From the NCBI RefSeq assembly GCF_009914755.1, contig NC_060928.1: 64,000 bases of DNA, one strand, 5' to 3'. The translations under genes and the position numbers were made by a program. Within the stretch, counting starts at the first letter, position 1. Each line of letters begins with the position of its first letter. Source of the DNA: the human T2T-CHM13v2.0 reference genome, Homo sapiens. Of the stretch, positions 33,344 to 45,559 are shown piece after piece. Under the pieces are notes generated by a model, which saw nothing but the letters and a program-made list of their open reading frames with translations, did no database searches and had not been told where the DNA came from.

Positions 33344-33984
33344 AGTGTACAGTTGGAGGCCATTGAAAAACAACCAAGCCTAAGATGGGACATGATACCA
33401 TCTTAAGAATATTTGTATTTGTCTCTCTGACACTGTCTGCAGACTAGGGTCACTCAAAGGATGGATGTGGATCTCTTGATTTTCCAACTCTCACTTTCAC
33501 CAAGCATTTTGACAAGGGTTGGAGGGGTCCTTTAATAAGAGGTATAGGCGAAGGAGGTAGGAACTAGTCTCTTCATCTGGACCAGAGAAGGAACTCTGGT
33601 TCTGCAAACAAATGAAAAGCTTAGGAAGGCCTTGTCCGGACAAAATTCACAGGCTTCTAATCCTCTCCCTTCCCCACCTTAAAAACACACAAAATTAAGG
33701 AAAAGACAAGAAAGGCGGTAAGATTCTTGAAAGAGCTTTCAAAAATGAGAAAAGAAAAACAAGAGAATAAACAGCACAATGTGTCCTGATATGTTAATAT
33801 GTTTCCCTTTCGTTTTGCGTTTTTTTTCCCCTTTCCTTCAAAAAAAAAAAAAAAAATCTAGGATTTTGTCTCCTCTAAGGAGAAATTAGGAAGGAAAATC
33901 TGACATAATCTCCAGAGCTGTAAAACTTCTTTGTATGCCGTCACTTGAGTGCTTTTTCTTACATTCCCTTAAGTAGCCAACCTA

Positions 33985-34280
33985 CCATGTGGCGAGTTTG
34001 TGAAGCCAGGAAGGGAGGCAGTAACCCGAGAGGCGCTGCAGGGCGGCTCCCCACGGCGAGGGAGGGCAGGCGGAGCCCCAGCTCCTCCCAGCCGGCTGAG
34101 CGCTCGGCCCCTCCTATGGCCGCAGGGGAAAAGGAGGAGAGACCTACATTTAAAAAGGCAGGAACCTACCAACTGCAGAGTGAGAATTCCCATTCGTGAG
34201 GTCAAATCGAGGTCAAGAATTTCCTAACCATCTCTGAAAACCCCCTATTTAGGGGGTCAAGTCGGGCTGGCAACGCCCCA
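33985..34280. promoter_or_regulatory. Candidate CpG-rich promoter/enhancer with perfect DR5 nuclear-receptor element
   Basis: Non-repeat GC/CpG-dense patch. GC-box-like gggcgg and aggcggag, TATA-like catttaaaaag, AGGTCAaatcgAGGTCA at 34199-34215. Confidence 0.55.
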
Positions 34281-34569
34281 AATCATTAACTAAATCTAAC
34301 TTGATCTTCAAAAACACAGCCTAGGACTGTTTTTCTTTCTTTCTTCTGCCTGAATGTTTCTCAGTGGCATTTCTGTTACTTCCTGTTTGTGACCGGGCTT
34401 TCCTTGCCCTACTTCCTTTTTTAGGGGTTTAGGTTGCCTCGACGGCCATTTCCACTTAGATAGATGGAAAAGGGGTGTGTGTGCGTTGGATTGGAAGGGA
34501 AACAGCTCACATTTATTTTTATGTTGTAAAAGTCTTTTCTCATGCATTCACATTCTTTCATTTACGTTC

Positions 34570-34720
34570 TACAGCAACACTATGAGACCAACAATATGAT
34601 TATGCCCAAATTACAGTTAAAGAAACTGAGGCTCAAAAAGATTAAATAAGATGTCCAAGTTCACGCATCACATAAAGGCGCAAAACCTGGATCTGCGTTC
34701 CAAGGGTCTGAAATCCAAAG
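34570..34720 (-). mobile_element. MIR
   Basis: ttacagttaaagaaactgaggctca...gtccaagttcac. Confidence 0.65.
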
Positions 34721-36458
34721 GGGCTTGGGGATTTCACGAGGTCTGAATCTAAAACTGAAGTTCTTTTCATTTATTGAACCCTTAAGGGAGACCTAACTTT
34801 AACTTATTTGGCAAAACTTTATTCAGGGAAGACTTTTATTCAATCTTTATTACAGAGTTTATTCTTCAAATGTAAAGAAAAGACTTAGCTTAGTGCCTTC
34901 CCCAGAGCAGTGGGAGAATTATGAAAGATGTACTATTGCTTTTTTTTTTTTTTTTTGGCAACCTCTCTGCTCTGCTGGCTTTCACCCTGGCCATCCCAGG
35001 ACCGAGCTGGGGCGTTCAAGCTTGCCTCGGAGCCAGGCCTGCACTTCCAGCGTCAGGCAGTAGGGGGAGCAAGTGTGCAAGAGGAGGAAAGCGGCTCCAA
35101 TTGGGCAGGAAACGTCTGAGACCATGTGTCCTTACCCGGCTCTGGTTGAAAATTTAATTTTTTTGGCTGCCTGAATGCTTAGGACCCATGGCTCCAGGCT
35201 TCTCTGCAAAAATTTATGCTTACTGATTTGTAGGGTGGGAAAAACCAGCCTCAGGGAGTTGTAGAAAAAGATTACATGTGTCCCCTGGATCAGAGGAAGT
35301 AAAAACCTCCACACGGTTGCTGGGGAAGGATCCAGGCCTCCTGGCCTCTGCCCCTATGTGAGGGGGAGAGGACGCAGAGGCCCGCACTATGGGCCGTCCT
35401 GGGTCCAAGCATCCCAGGACCTCCACCTGAAACCTGCCAGAGAAGACAGGATTTTGTACAGTCCCTAGCGAAAGAATTGGAATGTATACAGCAAAATGGG
35501 GAGAAACGTTTGTGTTTTTTCATTGTATCCCTGGCTTCTGGAACAGCGCAGGTGGCGGCCTGGCTTCTGGTACTCACATTGACAGAGCCTGTTAACTTAG
35601 GCTGCGCTTTGACAAGCTCCTTGAAGTCAGGTGGAAAAGAAACAAATGTCCTAAGCTTGAGCCTGTACTAGGTCTAGAATAACTTTAGAGTGCTGGCAGG
35701 TCACCTCTGCTCTGGGATGTAGCTTTCTCCCATTTCTTTCTCCATTACAACTTTAGTTTCTTAACCTGGGAAAGAAAAGTTTCAAAACTGCAGCAGTGGA
35801 GAACCCCGAGGGCTGGCTGGCAATAGTGTCATTCAAAGGAAAACAGAGAAGAACCAAAAGCTGATGTTTGCCTGCACTTTGGATTTGGATATAGAAGACA
35901 ACTGATATTCTTTTTTTGATGGTGGTTATGTACAGAAAACGTTGGTCTTGGTTCCAAATACACATGAGATTTGTATTCTAATGCACCTGTTCCTGTGATT
36001 TTTTTTGTTTGTTTGTTTAAAATGGTGACTTCCTAGGGTATTTTTCTAGACCAGTAGAAAAGACGTTAACCAAAGCTTCCTGTAAAACTACCATTTAGGC
36101 ATCTCTGCTTTCATTCTGCTCTGGGGTAAAAACTCCCTTCACTCTGAATAAGTTAGAGAAGTATTCAGAGTAGCTGAGATGGAAATGGATAAGATGTGGA
36201 CCCACTAAGAGAGATGGCAATAATCTTTGGATCGCCACCCATCACGGGATTTCCCCTAATATAAGATGATACCTGTGTATCATTGGTATATATCATCATA
36301 GAGGTATCTATGTATCTGCAATATAAAATGATATCTATATAAGGAACTTACAATCTTCTGGTACAGTTCTCACTTCGTATGGCCCAAGAACCCATCAGAA
36401 AATTTACCTTTTATTTGCAAACACTCTAGCACAAGTAATTAACAATTAACATTGATTA

Positions 36459-36859
<401 letters not shown>

Positions 36860-36939
36860 TCACATTCTAGGGTATGTGTGTTTCCATATGTAAATGACAG
36901 GGAGGAGTGTTTTGAGGAAGGAAGGCTCTGCTTGGATGA

Positions 36940-37170
36940 GGCAGTAGGTTCAGGGGCTAGGAGCCTCAATACTGGAGTCAGCCTGCCAGGATTGAATCCT
37001 GGCTCCACCATTTACTAGCTATGTGACTCTGGGCAAGTTTCTAGACCTAGCTGAGCCCCAGTTTTATTATCTATATGCTATAGGGAGAATCATGTTCCCT
37101 ATTGCCATGGTTTTTTTTTTTTTTTTTTGAGGATTCGGTGGGATGGAGCCAGTAATCACTCAATATGTGT
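36940..37170 (+). mobile_element. MIR
   Basis: ctggagtcagcctgccaggattgaatcctggctccaccatttactagctatgtgactctgggcaagtt. Confidence 0.8.
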
Positions 37171-38325
37171 TGGTGATGATAATGGTGATGATGATGGTGG
37201 AGGTGGAGGTGGATGAAATAGAGAAGGCTTGACTGAGGAATTCAGCAGGAGAAAGAGGGAACTGTGGAAGAGGGAAGAGCATTCTAGATGAGGCCTGGTA
37301 TTCTGGGATTTAAGAAGCCCTCTAGGTGATTCTGATGCACACTAGGGTTTAAGAACCACAGAGTCATGGCAAGCTGTGGATTTTAAGATAATCATATGCT
37401 TAGATTTGAATTTTGGAGAGAACGCATTGGTGGCTGGATGAAGGATGCAGTGGACAGAGGAAGATAAGCAGCAGAACAATGAAAGTGAAGTGCCTACTAG
37501 GTCCAAACGAAAAATGATAGGGCCTTGAGCTCAAGTCATTGTGGTGGGAATATGGAGATAGGGGAAGGTACATGATAGGTCATGGGGGAAAGGGAAGAGA
37601 GACAAAGGGAATAGCTACTAGACATCGAAGTGGTAGAATTGACCAGATTTAGCAACTGGGTTTAGAGGTGAGGAAAAGGAGGCAAGGGTGAGTCCAAGGA
37701 TAGCGGACACAAGACTTTTAGTACCAATGACTAAATAGTGCCTCTGTGGTCTTGATGAAGTTGTTCCTTTGCCCCCTCCCTCTCCCTCCTTCATCAGCTG
37801 CCAAGGAGACTGAGGGCACAGATTGGCACCCTTGCAGGGGGTCTGGTTCCCCTCTGGAATGCACCACTCCTCACAGTGCTCTGCACTCTCTAACCACACC
37901 CACCACCTCCCCATCGCCCCCCATGGTCAAGGGAGTGATTCCACCACTCCCTTGATGCCACATAGGCGGATGAGTCACTCTTCCAGAACAGCTGGTGGCC
38001 AATGTGCTTCTCCTCTCTTCCACAGTCTGGGAACCCTTCCAGGGCCCGTCCCATTCCCCGAAAAAAAAAAAAAAAAAAAAAAACAAGCAAAATTTTGACC
38101 TACCCTTTAATGCAAGCTCTCTTAGCAGAACCAGCCACCCACTTCTCCAGGATCAGAGGATCTCTACTCCAAAATGACACTGAAGTTATTGCTCTGTCTA
38201 CCCCGGAACACAGATCATGAATTCATTATGACTTTACTGTTGCCACATCTAAAGTAAAAGATTGTAAGAGGGAAAGGGATGATGGCTACTCTGAGAATGG
38301 CATGGCACATCTCCTTCTTCCAAAG

Positions 38326-38475
38326 CAGTGTTTCTCAAAGCATAGTCAGTGCACCACCTCCTACATCAAAATAGCTGGTGGCTTTGGTCAGACTCACCAA
38401 ATCACAGAGGATGGGGTGAGGTTAGAAACCAGGAGATACATGTTTTTTATAAGCATTCCCAAGTGAATCTTAATT
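38326..38475. mobile_element. MER5-like fragment
   Basis: cagtgtttctcaaag...catgttttttataagcattcccaagtgaatct. Confidence 0.55.
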
Positions 38476-38811
38476 TACCTACTGAAAAGCAATAATAAAA
38501 GTGCTAGAATTTCCTTTTGTAGTATTTCTCAACCCACTACATAGCTAGGGTGACTTCACAGTTCTAGACCTTCGTAGCCTGCTTGGAGGAAGGCAGTACT
38601 TCCTTTCCTAAGGAAGCACCCTGTAGAGTTTACCAGATCAGTGCTTACTGCTGTTCTGTTCATTTCTTCGAGGTATTGCATCGCCTGGGGGGCAGCATGC
38701 AAATTAAGCACATGCATATAAAATAAGTCCAACATAGCTGTTTAAAAAGACAAATTAAACGCATTCTCATCCGCAAAATGATAGTGTTAGGTCACCATTA
38801 CAATGCTCCTC

Positions 38812-40804
38812 TGTGTCCAGAGTTGGTTCCTTCTGGTGGGTTCTTGGTCTCGCTGACTTCAGGAATGAAGCCAAGGACCTCATGGTGAGTGTTACAGCTC
38901 TTAAAGGTGGTGCATCCGGAGTTGTTTGTTCCTCCCTGGTGGGTTCATGGTCTCGCTGACTTCAGGAATGAAGTTGCAAAGCCTCGCGGTGAGTTTTACA
39001 GCTCATACAGGTAGCGTGGACCCAAAGACTGAGCAGCAGCAAGATTTAATTATGAACAGTGAAAGAACAAAACTTCCACACCATGGAAGTGTGTCCGGAA
39101 TTGGTGGGTTCTTGGTCTCACTGACTTCAAGAATGAAGCCATGGAATCTCACGGTGAGTGTTACAGTTCTTAAAGGTGACGTGTCCGAAGTTTGTTCCTT
39201 CTGATGTTCCGACATGTTTGGAGTTTCTTCCTTCTGGTGGGTTTGTGGTCTTTCTGGCTTCAGGAGTGAAGCTGCAGACCTTCACAGTGAGTGTTACAGC
39301 TCATAAAGGCAGTGCAGATGCAAAGAGTGAGCAGCAGCAAGATTTATCACAAAGAGTGAAAGAACAAAGCTTCCACAGTGTGAAAGGGGACCCGAGCCTG
39401 TTGCCACTGCTGGCTGGAGCAACCTGCTTTTATTCCCTTATCTGGCCCCACCCACATCCTGCTGATTGGTCCATTTTACAGAGAACTGATTGGTCTGTTT
39501 TACAGAGAGCTGATTGGTGCGTTTACAAACCTTGAGTTAGACACAGAGTACTGATTGGTGTATTTACAATCCCTTAGCTAGACATAAAGGTTCTCCAAGT
39601 CCTCACCAGATTAGCCAGATACAGAGTGCTGATTGGTGCATTCACAAACCTTGAGCTAGACACAGAGTGCTGATTGGTTCATTTACAAATCTTGAGCTAG
39701 ACACAGAGTGCTGATTGGTGTATTTACAATCCCTTAGCTACACATAAAGGTTCTCCAAGTCCCCACCAGATTGGCTAGATACAGAGTGCTGATTGCTGCA
39801 TTTACAAACCTTGAGCTAGACACAAAGTGCTGATTGGTGTATCTACAAGCCCTTTGCTAGACATAAAGGTTCTCCAAGTCCCCACTAGACTCAGGAGCCC
39901 AGCTGGCTTCACCTAGTGGATCCTGCACCAGGGCCGCAGGCGGAGCCTGCCAGTCCTGTGCCATGCGCCCGCACTCCTCAGCCCTTGGGCGGTCGATGCG
40001 ACCAGGTGCCGCGGAGCAGGGGGTGGTGCTTGTTGGGCAGGCTTGGGCCATGCAGGAGCCCACAGTGGTGGGGGGAGGCTCGGGTATGGCAGGCTGCAGG
40101 TCCCGAGCCCTGCCCCACAAGGAGGCAGCTGAGGCCCAGCAAGAATTCAAGTACAACGCCAGTGGGCCGGCACTGCTGGGGAACCCAGCGCACCCTCCAC
40201 AGCTACTGGCCCAGGTGCTAAGCCCCTCACCACCTGGGGCCGGTGGCACCGGCCAGCCGCTCCGAGTGCAGGGCCACTGAGCCCATGCCCACCTGGAACT
40301 CGCCCATGAGTGCCGCGCGCAGCCTCGGTTCCCGCCCGTGCCTCTCCCTCCACACCTCCCTGCAAACAGAGGGAGCCGCCTCCGACCTCGGCCAGCCCAG
40401 AGAGGAGCTCCAATAGTGCAGCGCAGGGCTGAAGGGCTCCTCAAGCATGGCCAGAGTGGGCACTGAGGCCAAGGAGGAGCCGAGAGTAAGCGAGGGCTGC
40501 CAGCACACTGTCACCTCTCAGAAGGGGACCCAAGCAGGTTGCCACTGCTGGCTGGGGGGGGCCAGCTTTTATTCCATTATTTGTCCCCACCCACATCCTG
40601 CTGATTGGTCCACTTTACAGGGTGCTGATTGGTCCATTTTACAGAGTGCTGATTGGTGCGTTTACAATTCTTTAGCTAGACACAGAGCGCTGATTGGTGC
40701 ATTTTTACAGAGTGCTTATTGGTGCATTTACAATCCTTTAGGTAGACAGAAAAGTTCTCCAAGTCCTCACTTGACCCAGAAAGTCCAGCTGGCTTCACCT
40801 CTCA
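38812..40804 (-). mobile_element. Outer short-type LTR12 solo LTR, split by a nested LTR12
   Basis: Pieces 38812-39089 and 40521-40804 are collinear LTR12 sequence. TSD cctc at 38808-38811 and 40805-40808. Confidence 0.9.
39090..40520 (-). mobile_element. Inner full-length LTR12C/D solo LTR
   Basis: tgtgtccggaattgg...gtcacctctca, nine ATTGG (CCAAT) motifs, CpG-rich U3. TSD gaag at 39086-39089 and 40521-40524. Confidence 0.93.
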
Positions 40805-41159
40805 CCTCTTTCAAAAGACAAATAAAATGTACTCCCAAATTTCAAATAGTGATATCGACTTACCACTCAAAATATTTTGTTAATTGTTTTCTTGGTTGGA
40901 GGAATGGATTTCTTCTAAGTTGGGTCCTCCCTCACCTTTTCCCTGTGTGCCCAATGACTGACCAAGGCCAGCAAAGCAATCTGTGCTGGCTGAACTAGGT
41001 TTGTTGCTGTGCAAAGTTAACTGAGCACCTCATGATATTACAGGAAGGCGACATCATCAAGGTGCTTTGAACTCTGAGGAACATAAAAGGGCAATAGACA
41101 CACAGGTTCAAAAAGGATTCTGAAAAATAAATTAGCTAGGGGGGTTCTGAATAATTGGA

Positions 41160-41600
41160 TTTGGTTTACTTGTTCAGCAAGTATTCATTGAGTTCTGAAC
41201 ATAGCATTGAGTTAAGGGCTGAGGAGATGTAAAGGTGGAAAAGCCATGATCCACACCGTTGCAGAGTATGCTGTACGGCTGGCAAGTCAACACATGCACC
41301 TCAACATTAAATACCAATACAAGGCAGTAAATGTTAATGAGCGGTTGGACATCAAATGCTGGTGCTGTTCAGAGGAGAGGGAGAGAGATCACCCAGGGCT
41401 TGCAGTCAAAGAGGGCCTAAAGCTGCCCTCAAAGTTTGCAGGAGATAAGGAAAGACCGAAAGGATTGATGGAGCTCTTTAGATAGAAACCTACTGAGCAA
41501 AAGGCACAGCTCTGGGAAAGAAAACCATCCATGCTGGCGGTAATTAGCACAGGGATCAGAGTCAAGCCTGGGTGAGGGTTGGAAATAGTAAAAGATGAAG
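41160..41600 (-). mobile_element. L2 fragment
   Basis: ttcagcaagtattcattgag (antisense L2 3' end), aaatgctggtgctgttcagaggag. Confidence 0.5.
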
Positions 41601-41609
41601 TTCAGGTTT

Positions 41610-41830
41610 CATTTCTTAAGTACTTATAAGGTGTCAGGCACTCTGTTCAGCCCTTGACTGACATTTTCTTGTTTAAGTATAGCAACAACATTAAGGGATC
41701 AGTATTATCTCGTGTTTCATTGTAACATGAGGAGGTTGCGGCTCAGAGAGGTTTGGTAAGTAGCCCAAAGTCACACAGCAAGTAGGTGGAAAAGCCAAAA
41801 GGCAAACCCAGTTCTACCTGTGTCCAAGTT
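41610..41830 (-). mobile_element. MIR
   Basis: gtgtcaggcactctg...ggctcagagaggtt...cccaaagtcacacagc. Confidence 0.7.
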
Positions 41831-42179
41831 TATGTGTTTCTTGGGAGCTCTTTTTGTCCTTTTTTTCACTTCTCCAGATCGTACTCCTCCTTGCAGCAGA
41901 GGCTTAGCAGAGGGAATAAAGTGAGGCCAGGAGGCAAAGTGTCCCATCCTGCCCATGCTGCCCGTAGCCACTGCCTGGCAAGGACCATATTTCTTCTCCC
42001 ACTCACATGGCCCTGGGGGTGGTACCGAAACCAGGAAGGGGTGGCCAATATCTCTTCTTTGGCCTTCTTGGTCCTTCTGCTTTATGTCTGTATTTTTGAT
42101 ATCTTTGATATGTATTTTCTAAAAAGCAGGAAAATAATAATGGAATTTGACTTGCACTGTGCTATATACTCTACATGTC

Positions 42180-42677
42180 ATATGGCTCCAGTGAGATTTA
42201 AGTTCAACAGTGAATAACAGGAAATTCTCTCAAAATGGATTTTTGTAAAGGTTAGTTCATTCCTCTCTTAAAAGAAATCCACAGGTCAGCAGTGTAAGGG
42301 CTGTATGATGGCTTCATGAAGCTTCAGAGAGGCCCTGCCTCCTTTCTTCTTAGTCTTCTACCATCTTTATTCTGCTGCCTCTTGGACCAAGATGGCTGCT
42401 TGAGCTCCAGCTATCACTTCTGTTCTCCAACCAGCAGGAAAAGGAAGCAGGTCAAACACCATTGCTTTCTCAATTTAAGGGCCTTCCCTAGAAGCTGATC
42501 ACAGCATTTCCATTTATAAGTCACTGGCCAGAATGTAGTTAAACAGAACAACTAGCTGCAAGAATACTTAGAAATATAGTCTTTATTTCAGGCTGCCATG
42601 TGCCCAGGTCAAAATCCATTACTAGAAAAGAAAGAGAGAATACATATTTAGGTAGACATGGAGCAGTTTCTGCCACA
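42180..42677 (-). mobile_element. MLT1J-like MaLR LTR
   Basis: caagatggctgcttgagctccagc, cactggccagaa, ctagctgcaag, ending tctgccaca. Confidence 0.65.
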
Positions 42678-42689
42678 AATCTATTAACT

Positions 42690-42865
42690 TATTTGATCTT
42701 TATTATCATACAATCCTATGAGTTGGATACAAGTATCCTCACTTTATAGATAAGGAAATTGAGTCTCAGAGAGGTTAACTTATCGAAGGTCACACAAGCT
42801 GTTAATGGAGGAGCTGGGACTGAAGTGTGTTTATCTGGCTCTAAAGATGTTCGGTCCTCACCCCT
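42690..42865 (-). mobile_element. MIR
   Basis: cactttatagataaggaaattgagtctcagagaggttaac. Confidence 0.75.
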
Positions 42866-43669
42866 ACACCTTAGACACAGAGTGCAAGTATTGAATTGAT
42901 ATTCATGGGTTTTTTATTGGGTGCAGGGGGAGTGTTTTTATTTTTCCTAACTAAGATGTAGACATACCCTTTATACCTTAATTCAACTGAGAAAGTGTTA
43001 ACATTTTCCAAAATAAGTGTGACTAGGAAACCAAGGAGAAACAGAAACCACAATGTAATGAAATGGCGGGGCTTAGAGAGCACAGATTTAGTGTCCTGAA
43101 ATCATGAAGGCCCGGCCAAGGCTGTAGAGGATGCGCAGGCTCACCTTAAAGGGCACACAGGCCTCGGTGCCTCTCCTGGCCTTCATCCAGTTGTTCTTAA
43201 ACTTGCCCAGGGTGAGGTGTATTCATCAACAGATGGTTCCACTAGCTCAGCTTTTGTGATGTTTGGCTTTGATCTAGGCTAGTACCTGGGCCTCCTCTCC
43301 CTGCCATCTCATGCCAGCCAGTGGGTCCACCCTGGAGCTGGCTCACTGCATGCTGCAGCCTCTATCTGATGTCCTAAGTGAACCAGCACCAGTCCAGCAT
43401 CCAGGCCTATAGAAAACCTCCATCATGAAGCTAATTAGCATAGCATAGGCGAAAGACACACCCCAGCCTGAGGAATGTCAAAGCCTTTTCTCTTCTCAGG
43501 TTACAGAAGACTTCTTATTTCCCCAGATGCTTTCTGCAGATAATTCTGGCACTTCCTCTCCAGCCAGGAGAATAATGAACCAAAGAAATCAGTCTTAGTC
43601 CATATAGTACAGTGGTCTCTGCAGAAGGCCGGCTCTCTTATAACCAGACACATTTTTGTTTCTGAGTGA

Positions 43670-43850
43670 TTTTCTCTCTCCCACCCTCTCTCCCTCTTTT
43701 TCTCCATCCTGGCCTTCCTCTTTTCCTTCCTTCCTTCCTTCCTTCCTTCCTTTTCCTCCCTCCTTCTTTTTCCTCCCTCTTCTTCCTTCCTCCCTCCTCC
43801 CATTCCTTTCACCCTCTTGGTTTCTCTTTTCTTCTCTCTCTTGCTTTCTT
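43670..43850 (+). repeat. Polypyrimidine (TTCC/CT)n low-complexity tract
   Basis: About 180 bp almost entirely C/T. Confidence 0.9.
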
Positions 43851-43865
43851 GCAGGGTGCATGTGT

Positions 43866-43868
<3 letters not shown>

Positions 43869-43919
<51 letters not shown>
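43869..43919 (+). repeat. (TG)n microsatellite, about 25 units
   Basis: Uninterrupted TG run. Confidence 0.97.
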
Positions 43920-43921
<2 letters not shown>

Positions 43922-43957
43922 CTATACTTGATCTTAGCCAAAAGGCTGAGAACCCAT
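43922..43957 (-). pseudogene. RNU2: Second U2 snRNA 5'-fragment retropseudogene (about nt 1-36), tailless
   Basis: ctatacttgatcttagccaaaaggctgagaacccat is the reverse complement of the U2 5' end. TSD gtgtgtg(t/a)gt(g/a)tttct, 14/16 identical. Confidence 0.88.
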
Positions 43958-45319
43958 GTGTGTGAGTATTTCTGTAAGAGAGCAGACACAGTGCCTGCAC
44001 CCAGCCAGTAATGGGATTCAGTGTTTTAAATGATACCCAGCAAAAAAGTCTTCACCTGAACTAGAAAAAGAGAGTGCATTCGGAAAAGCCTTCTCGGAAG
44101 ACGTGGCATGGGGACGCCAAAACAAATAAGCATGGAGACAAGAACTTTTGAAAACAGAATGATTTGTTCTCAGGCTCTTCTATCAAACCACCAGTCTTTT
44201 TGCCTGTGTCTAGGAGCCACCACCCTTCTGCAAGGAAATGAACAGCTACTTTGAAGCTAACAAAGCCACCTGAAGATGATCATGAGCTCTGGTTCTCTTG
44301 AAACTGCCTCCCTGGTTAGTTGCATGATTCAGGGTTTGTTTGCCAAAGAAATGAATGATTTAGGATCTTGTGCAGCTGTTTTTCTCTTTATAGAAGTTTC
44401 AGGTTTTTGTGCAAAGGAAATGCTCTAGAATGAACTGAGTTCCTCCACATCCCCATTCAGACCTTTCAGACTGGAAAAGTCTTGGCTTGGACCGTACACC
44501 TTCCAGCCTCAGACACAAATGCCTTTATCAGGCCCAACCCCACATAACCCTAAATGTGCAACAAGGAGGCACTGCTGACTTCCTCCTCCTCTTCCTCCTT
44601 CTCCTGTGTACACAGCCGTTATCCAGCTTGAGTGTCTGTCTGTCTGTCTGTTGTACTTGAAAGAATAGATGCTTTGTTCTCACACTTCGAGTTAGAACAA
44701 CTTTTATCCACACTGACTTGTGAAGGCCCAGGATGCTCCTGTGGGACCTTGTTCATTTTCAGGATTTACATTACAATCCTGAATTCAGCACTCAGAAGAG
44801 ATGTCACTGTCTCAGAGTAGGCAAAATCCTTTCTCTTTATGAAATGTTCCATAAAAAAAAAAAAAAAAAAAACAAAACCAGTGTCTGCTTTATAGCTGGA
44901 AAGAGTCACAAGTATATCATGCACCTGCCAGATTTCACTTCTTTTTGGAAAAGATAGTGCATTCCCACATATTATCATGCAGTCTCCCAGAAGGTTTGCC
45001 AGGCAGGAAGCAGAATGAATGACACAGATTTTCTTTTCTTATCACCCAGGTAAACTCGTTGCTCCTCATTTTAAAATAATGGCTTAAAAAAGATTTTTAA
45101 ACCATAACTTATAGGAAAAAACCTGACCACTATGGAGGGTTTCATGTTAGATCAGTAAAAGTTAATGACTCCGGTGTGCCACAATGTTCTTAAGCACTTT
45201 TTCTATTCAACAGATCCTTATTAAGCATATATTGTATAAATAAATTTATGATATGCCCTGCTGGGAATGATAGACACATAAGAACTAGGCCTGGGCCTTA
45301 GAAGATAGCAATCTGGTAA

Positions 45320-45540
45320 TTATAAATGGTTACTATTCACTGAGCAGGTCATGTGTGCCAAGCACTTCAGCTACCGTCACAACAGCTGGAAAACCCATCT
45401 TTATTCCCAGCAAATTAAGACTCAAATAAATTAGGTAGCTTTCAAAGTCAAAGACCTAGCAGATCATAAGAGTCAGAATTCACATCTGGGTGTGGATGAC
45501 TCCAAAGCTCATTCTGTTTTCCACTACTCTATGCCACCTC
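45320..45540 (-). mobile_element. MIR
   Basis: tattcactgagc...tgtgccaagcac, gatgactccaaagctc...ccactac. Confidence 0.55.
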
Positions 45541-45559
45541 TCCATTTAGCCAGGGATGT

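Noticed and set aside
39440-39900. Regularly spaced repeats that superficially resemble a CRISPR array
   Set aside because: These are the known LTR12 U3 tandem CCAAT units with no unique spacers, in a eukaryotic context with no cas genes.
39900-40520. CpG-island-like region
   Set aside because: Intrinsic to LTR12C/D U3, so it is not evidence of a host gene promoter.
39857-40998. ORFs of 183-195 aa
   Set aside because: Chance frames in LTR12 U3 sequence.
43501-44011. ORFs with HT/CV/EK runs
   Set aside because: Translations of the (TG)n and polypyrimidine tracts.
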